From contig QPMI01000483.1 in assembly GCA_004431415.1 (NCBI GenBank), positions 186,001 through 250,000 of the forward strand: a stretch of 64,000 nt of DNA, read 5' to 3'. Below, piece by piece: positions 1-10,300 of this stretch; position 1 is the first letter of the stretch; every line of letters starts with the position of its first letter. This stretch comes from Cyanophora paradoxa CCMP329 (Eukaryota; Plantae; Glaucophyta). Position numbers and translations under genes: made by a program. The notes beneath the pieces are model-generated. The model had not been told where the DNA came from, did not search any database, and saw only the letters and a list, made by a program, of their open reading frames with translations.

Positions 1-225
1 CTTCTTCGCGAACTCTTTCGGTGCGCCGCGGGCGATCTGGAAGCAGAAACGTTAGCTAAAAGGCACGTACAGAGCGCCCGCACGCGCCTCGGCCGCCGGA
101 AAGCCGTGGCTGCCCTGCGCGACCTTCTTGGTCTTCGACGGCTGCGGCGCCGGCGCTGGGCTGTACCAGTCGATCGCCGACCCCACGTCGTCCGGCCACA
201 CCACTTCGAGCCTGAGATCGTCCAT
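1..225 (-). CDS. 5' end of an unknown protein gene (runs off the window)
   Basis: ATG at 225; exon 225-88 MDDLRLEVVWPDDVGSAIDWYSP...AAE; 51-nt GC-AG intron 87-37 with GCTAAC branch site; continues in frame IARGAPKEFAKK. Confidence 0.55.
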
Positions 226-363
226 TGAGCTAGCTGGTCAACGAGGCGCGCGTATATGGTACCCCTGGAAAACGAAAGGTCGTTTGCACAGCGGCCAGGC
301 AGGCCGCCGCAGCGGAGGCGGGGCCTGCTCGCAGCTGAGGTCCGCCCGAGCGGCAGGGACGAG

Positions 364-2024
364 ATGGGTCAGCATCTCCCGTTGCTCCTCGGCACGGCGA
401 TGCTCTTGTGCGCTTCCCTCTCTGCCGCGTACGCGTTGCCTGACCCGCCCAGGCCCTGGAATGCCATTATGGGATCGTTCGACTACCTTCAAACTGCGTT
501 CCCGGCTCGAAGACCTGCGTTCGACACCAGCTGGCTATACCAGGCGAGCACGCTAGGAGGGGCTCTGCTCTGCTTCAATCCGACCATCTCATTGGCGTGG
601 AGCGTGCGGTCTCGCATCGCGGTTCCGCTCGCGGCCTTCGTGCGCGGGCTGGCACGCGAGCGCGAAAGGTGCCTGCAGCTGAGAGTCTCATCGCGCAGGT
701 GGCCCTATTCATCGCCGTCCCAGCCCTGCCGCCGGGCTCGGACAGCTCGTATACCGCACTGCTCGTTCTTGTTGCCGCCTCTGGAGTCGCCACGGCTGTT
801 CTGCAGCAGTCCCTGCTGGCCTGGGCGGCCTCCGCGGGCCGCGAGCAGCTGGTGGCCGTCGTTCAGGGAAACGCGGTGTCGGGGATCTTGATCTGCGGGG
901 CTCGCGTGGCCTCGAAGCTCGCCCTCCCCGCTTCGCTGGATGGTCTCCGCCAATCTGTGGTCGTCTACTTCGCGCTGGCGGTGAGCATGTCTCGTATATT
1001 CTAAACCACGGCTAACCTGCCGCGCAGGCGGGGTTCTCTTGCCTGTGCCTGTGGGCCTTCCTGCGGGCTGCGCCTGGCGAGCAGCCCGTGGCGCACGTGC
1101 ACGCAGAGGAGGAGTCCACGCTTCTCGAAAAGGCCCCGCCGCCCACCACAGACCGTGTGTCCCAGCACCCCATTAGCCAGTGAGCCATAAGTTGCTTCTT
1201 GCGGCTAACGGTGCCCAGGCTCTCTCTCGGAGATCGCGTGGATCGTGCGGTATCCCTTGCTCAGCACGTTCTCGACTTTTCTCGTATCACTCGCCCTTTT
1301 CCCTGCGTTTGCACTCGCCGCCCCCTGCCCAAATGTGAGCTTTGCTGTGAGGCAGTCCACTTTCCACTTTCAAAGCTCTCGGATGAACCTGTGGTCCTGC
1401 TTCTGTGCATGCAGGGCATCTCGCCCGACTGGAATGTCCTTCTCATCATCAGTGATTTCTGCATCTTCGACTTGATCGGTCGCTTACTTGCAAAGCGGTC
1501 CTGTTTTCCCCATTACTGCCTCTTGCCGATATTGATCTTTGGGACAGGCTTCAGCCACCGGGACTGCTGAGCCTTGCCCTCTTCACCCTTGCCCGCTCCC
1601 TCCTCGCGCTGCCCCTTCTATTGGCCGCCTCCCCCGCCGGCCGCGCCCTCCTACCGTCAGTCCTCGAACCTACATCCTCTCCGCTGACTGTGCCCCTCCT
1701 AGTCGCCATCGTCGCCTCCACCTCTGGCTTTGCCATCAGTGCGCGCACGCGTGTGGAACTTGCATGCTGCTGCGTTCCAAGTCCTACTGTTTTTGCTTAC
1801 ATCTGCGTTGTGTGAGCAGCAGCAGCCCTGGCACAGGCGCCACCCCTTGTCAGCCTGTCTGAGCACAGTTGTGCCTCCACCCTGATGGTACGTTTCCCCA
1901 GTCTGCTTAAAATCCAACAGTTCTCTGACCTTGCAATTGGCAGGCTGTGGCACTCAACGGGGGGCTCACGGCTGGGGCCCTCGTCGCCAACGCCCTCCAG
2001 CCCCTTGTTCTTGACTCCGCGTGA
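364..2024 (+). CDS. Equilibrative nucleoside transporter (ENT/SLC29 family), multi-exon
   Basis: Spliced peptide has ENT motifs LLGTAMLL/PWNAIMGSFDY, QGNAVSG, TFLVSLALFPA, FCIFDLIGR, STSGF, GLTAGA; many hydrophobic helices; stop TGA 2022-2024. Confidence 0.85.
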
Positions 2025-2330
2025 TCAATTAATATTGCAATTGGCCGAGTGGATCTAAACCTCTCAGTTGCAAACCACGCATGTGCGTGTATCTGTGCAC
2101 ACCATCGCACATATCGGCCGGAATTATACGAACTCGATCGATATCGAATTTTCTTAAGCTTCGAATTCGAGTTCGAATGCGCCGAAATGTTGAACACAAC
2201 CGCTGCACCGAAAATATAGCTATAGCTACGACCGCGCCTTCCCGCCGTTCGGTCACACATACCGAAACTGTAGACAGCAGTTTGGTTTCAACGCCGCGTG
2301 GACTGTGGCCGGGCACAGTTGGCTTTCAGG

Positions 2331-4627
2331 ATGGATCGACTGCACGGGTTTCAGTTTTCACCGCCCGAGACAGATCCGTCCGACCTTCTAGCCTCGTTCC
2401 CGGCGTACGCACCTGACGAGCCCGGGTTCGGAAGCGGCTACGCGGGCCTGCCTTTGGAGAGTCTTGGCAGCGTATACAGCCAGCAGGGATTTCCCGGTGG
2501 CATTGGCGTCAATCCCCTCGGCGTTCCCAATGTCGTTGCTATGCCCACAAGCCCCGACGGGGCGGACCATCGGGCGGGTGCAGCTCCTACTGCTATCTCG
2601 CTCAGCGCCCGATTTCTCGAGAACTACGCGTACGGCATCTCGAAGAAGCACAACAACAGCGCGGTTTTCCTCGTTCAGGGCGGCGAGAGCCCGCATCGCG
2701 TGACCCTGGAACTCTCCCTATCCAGCCCGGTCCGTGGCTCTCGCACCACGCATCACTCACATCCGCTGAGCTCGCATACAGCCATCCTTTCCTGTCCGTG
2801 TGTCACTCCGCCTGGCATACTCGGACTCCGACCAGCCTGTGCTCCCGGAGACGGTCAGACGGCTCGCTGCGTCGGAACGCGACGCCAGTATGACAGTGCC
2901 TCGGCTGCAGGTGTCCGGCGTGACATTGCCACCGCTCACCGAATGGGAGACTGGCGCCTTGCCTTCCGTCATCTTTGAGCCGAACAGCAATCTGGTCAGG
3001 CGCCTCATCTTGGTACCAGAACAGCACCCACTTGTTGAGTAACTTGCTTTTGCTTACTGACACGTTCAAACAGAAATTCAACAGATTGAGTCGCAAGAAC
3101 TTGTTCTCGCTTATTGTCGAGTCTGGTAAATACTCTCCTGTATTCTGTCTGAATTAAATGTTGTTGATGCAGCACAGACTGCAAGACCTTTCAGTGCAAA
3201 CTGGGCCCCCTGATGGCCGGATCAAGATTTGATCAGAGCTTAGACACGTTCAGGTTCGTAGTATCACATCCGAGCAGAGCAATGCGATAGCTGACCTTGA
3301 GCAGCGACATCTGGGATGGAGCATTACAGGGTGCGAAAGGCCGGGAGGAAGGGAAGGCTTCCAGACGCATCCGGGAAGCTCGAGAAGCTCGACTTGCAGG
3401 ACAGGCGGGAGCAGCCTCCAGTATCTCATCGAGCTCTTCAGCAGGGCCCGGCCAACAAGCCCGGGAGCGAAAGCAGCCACGGCCAGTTCAGCACGTAGTG
3501 AAGCAAGAAGCCCCCATTGACATAGGCAGCCTTCAGATCATCAACAGCCCAGAGACCGCCCAGCCAACATTCGCAGATGACCAGGACGTAGTAGAGCCTC
3601 CTGAGCCACTTGAACCCGGTTTGAAGGCGATCGTTGAGCGTGCTCATTTCGCACGACTGGAGGGCAAGCTGTTGACAGCACTGCAAGAAGCGAACATGCT
3701 TCTGAAGCCACCCCAATGGATACCTTTTGCCACAGCCCTTTCTCAGATGTTACGTGAGGTGCGCCTTGTTGAGTTCGTGCACATTTCGCCGGTTGTGCTG
3801 ACTGTTACCATTCGAAGCCAAATTTGAAGCGCATAGTCATGATTGCCCCTGGCATATTGAGCTTTTGGGAGCAGTGGAAGTTTCTGTTCCGGACTCAGGG
3901 GCCCATCCTTTCGGCGGAGGTCGTACACGGTGTGCTGGTGGAGCTGTTCGCTGGAGTTCTGACTGTCAGCTTGTCCGACATCGACCTCGTCGCTTCTGTT
4001 GCCATTGGAGAAGGCAAGCGGCCAAGCCTGGGGTGGGCATCGAAGGGCTTCACGGAGGAGGAATGCCAGTTGATCGCCTTCTGGAGCTACCCTGCATCGC
4101 TTTGCTTACGTGTGCTTCTATGAGAGTCTGGGGCATGTATAGCCTCTGACGTGAAGCCCGCAGGATCTGCTCAAACATTGGTAGAGAAGAAGGATCCCAA
4201 GTGGTTCTATCCTTTGTTACCATCTGAGGCAGCACAGCGGCGATTGACTGGATCTCCTTCTGGTGCATTCTTGTTTCTCCCAAGCAGTTTTTTCATGTTC
4301 TTAATTGCGCCCAGGGAGCTTTCTTCTTCGCCTGTCCTCGCAGGCGTTTCCAGATGAGGGAGCTGGCCTTGTCACTGCAAGCTTTGTGAAGAACGATGGT
4401 GTGTCCTCCAGAGCCAATTTTTCTTCCCCATACTGACTGCATTTGCAGGAGTGTACCACCAGCGCATACCAGTGTTGTCAACATCACCGAACCTTTTTGC
4501 CTCGGCTGACGAGATCATCACCTACATTAAAAGTCATCCAAACAGGTTCAAAACGGTTTGGATGTCACCAGAAGAACTCGCCACCAAGCGAGTGCGTGGA
4601 ACTGAGGGAAAGTATTTCAACGATTAG
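2331..4627 (+). CDS. STAT-like transcription factor: putative beta-sandwich (CudA/STAT-type) DNA-binding domain, STAT-type linker, SH2 domain, C-terminal Tyr tail
   Basis: After removing GT-AG introns (e.g. 4263-4314, 4400-4448) the C-terminus reads KWFYPLLPSEAAQRRLTGSPSGSFLLRLSSQAFPDEGAGLVTASFVKNDGVYHQRIPVLSTSPNLFASADEIITYIKSHP...GTEGKYFND*, an SH2 pattern with the FLLR arginine. The preceding helical region resembles the linker of plant STAT-like SH2 proteins (from memory). Confidence 0.75.
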
Positions 4628-4699
4628 CCCAGCTGATAGCCGTACTAGTACTGCAGTATTTAGTCTAGCAAGGATAGGATTGTATCCCATACGCACTTT

Positions 4700-4760
4700 T
4701 TGGGGAAGGGTAAAACACTTCCCCTGTCCCTCTCCTTTGGTCACAGTACCCTGGGCCCTG
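4700..4760 (+). mobile_element. Isolated 5' end of a Helentron-like element
   Basis: TTTTT|GGGGAAGGGTAAAACACTTCCCCTGTCCCTCTCCTT, near-identical to the 5' end at 5303 and containing the GGGGAAG/CTTCCCC hairpin; no confident matching 3' end. Confidence 0.5.
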
Positions 4761-5300
4761 GACACTTCTCCCGCTCATGATCAGCGGCTCCCCGAAGGGG
4801 TACTCCCCCCGCTCAGTGGCTCCCAAAGGATGCGAGTGGCTCAGTTGAGTCTGATCGCTTGATCATTGAGTGAACTCCTGAGTCCCGGCGGGGCGGGGTC
4901 ACTGGGTCCAGCCCCTACTACTACTACTTCAATTTCTTGGAACCGTGAACTTCAAAACCTTGGACTTGGCAGTCGAATTTCCGACTCGCGATCGGCAAGG
5001 TTCAAATGCGCCCGGCGGCCAAACTGTCTCAGAGTCTGAGGCGCCCGGCGCAAATGCGCCGCGGGCCGCCCCGGCGGTACATTTGAGCTTTCAGGCTTTT
5101 AAATCATTGAATTTGCAAAATTGACAATAACTTCCGAAGTTCGCTATCGTATTTCGGGGGGTCTAACTGGCTGAACGGCTTAACTTAGTAAGCTTGGCCG
5201 TGCCGCAGTGCCCTGAATGGTGAAATGAATTCCGAAGTTCATGCAATTGATGATTAATCTTGAAACTTTTTGAAATACTTGCCAAGTTGAAACCTTATAA

Positions 5301-6725
5301 TTGGGGAAGGGAAAATCACTTCCCCTGTCCCTCTCCTTAGGGCCCAACCCTACCCCAAATCCTGTTTCCCCGACCTCCTCAAAACCCGGGCCGCGCGGTA
5401 TATCCTGAAAGCACATCCCAAGGGGACCCCGAAACCATGTCGCCCGGTCCCGTCCGACCAAAGGGTGATCCAGGAACGGGCACCAACTCCCGGGACAAAA
5501 ACGGGTCCAGCGACGCATAGGGAGCAGATATACGAGCCAAACCAGTTCGAGGTCGTTGCACGCATCATGAACAACATTCCGTACAGCAGGAGCAAGGCCG
5601 GATGCGAGCGCGGTTGCGTGGGAGGACGCCGCGCGCCCTAGCCAATCACATTAGAGAGTCAGTTAACTTACCCTGAGGAAAGTCTTTTCGCGGACCCCCC
5701 CGGCCGCTTTCTCCCTCCCGCCCTGGCCAGCGCTTTCTCCTAAGCTTCCCGACAGCCCGGCCGGCCGCGGCGCTCTCTGTCACGCGCGCCTCTCGCGCGC
5801 GCGGCAGTCTGCTGTAGCTAGCCGCGCCATGAACGCCACAGCCGCTCCAACCGCACGCACCCCGGTCGCAAGCCGGCCACAAGCCGGTCGCACTAGCTTG
5901 CGCCGTGGGGTCGCATCAGGTTTGCCCGCGGCGCGCCAGCTGCGCAGGAGCCCGAGGCCATGTCCGCGCCGCGCAATGCCCCGGGCCCGCGCGCGGCGCC
6001 GGCCGCGCGCCGGGCGCCCGGCCGGCGCGGCAGTACGAGCTCGCGCGCGACGGCCGCGGGGCAATTGCAAGCGCATGCGCAGGTTGCGAACGTCTAGATC
6101 TGGCCATGGCCAGCAGCGCGCCTCGAGCTCCGATCCGATCGATCCGATCATGCGCACTCGCAACACACGCACATGCCTACCTTCATGCACGGTGCGCTCG
6201 CAGCTACGCAGCGCCCTTGGTACCAGTCTTTGCCCGCTCAGTTGCATTATCTCGCCCTAGGCCCTCCGGTCCATTCGGCGTGTCCCGCAATCGCGCGCGT
6301 GACGTCGACGGCCTCGCGCTCGCGCGTGACGGGGCATGCGCAAGCGCAGGAGCAGACATGTACATCCACAAGGTTTGCGAGCCATCCCGGCCCACTGCGC
6401 CGCGTCCAACCTCTTCTAGCCTCCTCTTTCGAATTTTATATTTAGCCTCGAAAACAGCTCGCCTGCAGCTGGCGCCGGCCTGGCGTCGGATGGCCGCGGC
6501 TACCGCCTTCAAGGCTTCTGGACCGGAGCCTCGGAGCGCTAGCTCTGCTTTTCTTCCATTTGAATGGACGCAGCGGTCCTTCAAGTTTGCTCCTTTTCCT
6601 GCTCTCTAGATCTCCGGATTCAAGCCATCGCCCCAAATTCGCGAGTGACTTTCCCTTCCCCGGACCCCGCAGCGGCGTGCACGAGCACGACCCCTTCCGA
6701 GCGCGCGCCGCAGCGGGCCCTTTTT
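5301..6725 (+). mobile_element. Non-autonomous Helentron/Helitron2 (HINE/DINE-like) element
   Basis: 5' TT|GGGGAAGGGAAAATCACT (5303-5320) with self-hairpin; 3' subterminal inverted copy AGTGACTTTCCCTTCCCC (6644-6661, 17/18 match); then a GC-rich stem-loop (6662-6720) and TTTTT; no TSD. Confidence 0.7.
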
Positions 6726-7322
6726 AACAGACCGTCGGACCGTCGGACCTGGATTGATAAGCCTGGCCCAGCGGCAGTGACTCATGATCAGTGACTGGTG
6801 TGAGGCTCTGCACCCTTCTCGAAGCCCTTAAAGCCGCTCAACGGCTGAGCCTTCAAGGCTTAAACTTTTGAAAGCTTTCAGAGCCTGAGAGTCCAACGGT
6901 CTCACTGAGTCACTGAGTCACAGACTGAGAGTCTAACGCCGGGGCGCATGCGGAGCCTGGCAGGGTTTACGTTTATGTTCTCGCGCGATCGGACTCCGGG
7001 AAATGCCATGATGTCTTCAATGCAAGGCTTGAAGCCATGAAGCCACTGGGGGGGCCAGTCACTGAGTGAAGGTTGCATGAGCAGTCCATGGGGCTTCGCC
7101 GAGTCGAATCATGAATCCAAGGCGTACTGTATACGTAGCTATATAGCTACCGTAGTACTGCAACTGGTGATCGTATGTCACTTATTCATATCCATTCCAC
7201 GATGAATTGCAAATTCGAAAGCCTTGAAGCCTTGAAATTTCAAGAAGACGCAATAATGTACTTCGGTATACGTAATGGGTCAACCCGACTCGGCGAACCC
7301 GGCGTCGTTCTGGGGTACTAGT

Positions 7323-10300
7323 CTACACAAAAAGCTCGGAGGCGGCCTCCTCGATGGCCCGTGGGCTTGCCTCCTCGCCGTGCAGAGAGACCAGCCGCGC
7401 CGGTGACGCCGCCGCCCGCCCCGCCGCCCCTCCCCGCGCCGAGCTTGAAACCGAGCCGGCCCGGGGCGGGGTCGAACGACGCGAGCCGGCCGCCGCCGCC
7501 GCCGCCGCCGCCGCCTTGGCGCGGGAGGCGCCGCGGAGGAACTGGGCGGGGGCGTGAGCGGGCGCGGCGCAGGGGCGGAGGCGGCGCGCACGGCGAGGAG
7601 CTCGGCGAGGACGAGCGGCTTCAGCAGCGCCCCGGAGCCAGCCGGCAGCGCGGGCCCGTCGCCGCCCCGACCGCCGGCCCGCGGAGCAGGGCAACGGCGC
7701 GGGGCGGCTCGCGCGGGCCGCCGCCTCCGCCAGGCGCGTGCTCGCGGGGCCCTCAACGATGTCCCGGGGCGGGGGCGCCAGCGGGAGGGCCCCGGGCGGG
7801 GCGGGCGGGGCGGGCCCGACAGCGGCGCCCTCCGGGAGGCTCTCGTCGACGAGGAGGGCGTCGTAGGGGCCCGCCCCGCCCACCCCAGCAGCGCCCGCGC
7901 CCGCGCCGCCGACCCCGCCCACGTGCACGCGCACCCTGCGCCGCGCGAGTCAGCGCCGCCGCCGCGGGCCGTCGGGTGGGGAGCGGGGCGCGCCGGCGTC
8001 GTCGCAGTAGGCGTCCACCGCGTCGGCGAGCGGCCCGCTGCGAGGGGCGCGTCAAGCGCGCCTGGCGGCGGCGCTGGGACGGGGCGGGGCGCACCAGTCC
8101 GTGGCGACAAGGACGCGGACGGGGGGAAGATAGCGAGGGGCCGCACCGCGCGGGCCCCGGGGCGAGGCGCACGCCGAGGGCGGGCCCGGGCGGCGGGCCC
8201 GCGGGGGCGGGCCGCGCCCCGACGAGGAGCGGGAGGAGCAGCGCCAGGTGGGGCCCCCAGCGCCGGCGTCAGCCCCGCCCGAGGCGAGGCTGCCCTCGCG
8301 GCGCAGGAAGGGCGTCAGGGGCCCGAGGCGCTCTGCGGGAGGGCGGGAGGGCGGCGCAGGGGCGGGGGCGGGGCGGAGGAGAGGGTGGCCTGGGCGCCGC
8401 GGCCGGGCCCGTCGGAGGCGAGGCGGAGGGTGGCGCCGGCGGAGCGGAGGAGGCGGCGGGCGAGGGCGAGGGAGAGGCCGGAGACGTGCCCGTCGGGGCC
8501 TCCCACAGGAGCGCGTCGTCGTCGGGCCCGTTCAGGCGCGCCACCTCGCGCGCCCCGAGGCCGGCCCCCGTGTCCGCGACCGCCACCTCCACGCGCGGCG
8601 CCGGGCCGGCCCCCGGCTCGCACCAGATGGAGACCGAGCCGGCCGCCGTGAAGCGCACCGCGTTCTCCAGCAGCGCGTCCAGCGCCCGCCGCAGCGCCCC
8701 GGGCTCCGCCGCCACCCGCCCGGGGCACGCCGGCGAGACGTAGCAGACGAGCTCGAGGCCGCGGGCGGCGGCGGCGGGGCGTGGGCGCGGGCGGCGGCCT
8801 CGAGGGCGTCGCGGAGGGGCACTCGGCGGGGCCGCGGGGCGACTCGAGGCCGGCCTCGAGGCGCGCGTAGACGGCCGCCTCGTCGGGGGCGGCCGGCGGG
8901 AGGAGCGGGGCGAGGGCGCGGGCCTTGGCGCGCGCCGAGGCCCGCAGCGCGGCGAGCGCGGCCGCCTCGGCGGTCTCGCGCGAGACGCAGAGGAGGCCGG
9001 TGCGGGCCCCCGAGCCGGCGCAGCGCGCGGCCGCCTGCACGGTGAGCGCCGCCTCGGCGCCCGCCGCCGTCGCGAAGGCGAGCGGCACGTCCGCCGCCTC
9101 CTCCGCATCGCCCCGCGCCACGAGCCTGCGCCCCGCGCCGTCAGGAGGCGCCCTCCGCGCGGCGCCGGCGCCGGCGCGGCGGGGCGCACGCGTCGAAGAG
9201 GTCGGCCCAGGGGCCGGCGGCGGCGGGGCGAGGAGGGAGTGGAGCGGGGCGCCGAGGGCCTCCTCCGCGGGGCGCCCCGTGAGGGCCTCCATGGCGGGGC
9301 TCCACTCGGTGAGGCAGGCGGCGGCGTCGACGGCGAAGGCGGGGGAGGCGGAGCAGGCGAGGGCGTGCTCGAGGTCGCGCTGCAGCTGCGCGGCGCGCCC
9401 CTCCGCCGCGTCCACCGTCGTCAGCAGCGCCCGCCGCTCCGAGATGTCCCGCACGCAGACCACCAGCTGCGGCGCCCCCGAGAGCAGCGTGTGCCCCACC
9501 GAGAACTCCGCCGGGAAGAGGCGCGCCCCGTCCTGCGCGGCGGCGTGGGCGGGCGGGGCGGGGGAGCTGCGAGGGGGCGGCGGGGCGCGGACGCGGCGGC
9601 AGGCGAGGAACTCGGAGGCGCGGCCGGTGCGCTCGAGGACCTCGGCGGCGAGGAAGGCCTCGAAGACGGCGCGGTCCGCGGGGGCGATCAGCTCGGGGCC
9701 CAGCTGCGCCCCCTGCACCGCCTCGGGGCGCCCGATGCCGAAGAGCTCGAGGGCGCGCGAGTTGAGCATGGAGACGCGCCCGCGCTCGTCGCACACGATG
9801 ATCGCGTCCAGCATCCCGCTGATGATCGCCAGCAGCGACCGCATCTTCACCAGCCTGCCCCGCCCCCTCCCGTCAGGCTCTGCGGGGCGGGGCGGGGCGG
9901 GGCGGGCGGGGCGGGCGGGGCGAGGGCGCACTCGCGGGAGAAGGTGTCGAGCTCGACGAGGAAGGACCCCAGGAGCGGCGCCCGCCGCGGCGTCGCCTGC
10001 GCGCGCGCCCCGCCCCAGTCGCACGGAGCCCCAGAAGGCGAGGCGAAAGGGGGCGTACCTGGGGGAGGGTGAGGCCGGGCCCGCGGCCGGCGAGGATGTC
10101 GGCGACGCGGCGGGAGAGGCGGCGGACGCTGGAGGCGGGGCGGAGGCAGCGGAAGTTGTCGGAGGCGAGGCGGAGGGAGGTGACGGCGGCGACCTCGACG
10201 TGGAAGGCCCGCAGCTGCCGCCCGATCTCCCACGAGACCGCCCCCATCAGCGCCACCACGCACAGCATCGCCCCCGCCGCGATCCCCGCCGTCGTCCGCG

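Noticed and set aside
8490-8510. Apparent frameshifts (also in SMG8 near 54680 and 54830, kinesin-5 near 45830 and in the WD40-kinase gene) suggesting pseudogenes or programmed frameshifting
   Set aside because: They fall in or near G/C runs and also affect essential conserved genes, so sequencing or consensus indels (or unmodelled introns) are more likely.
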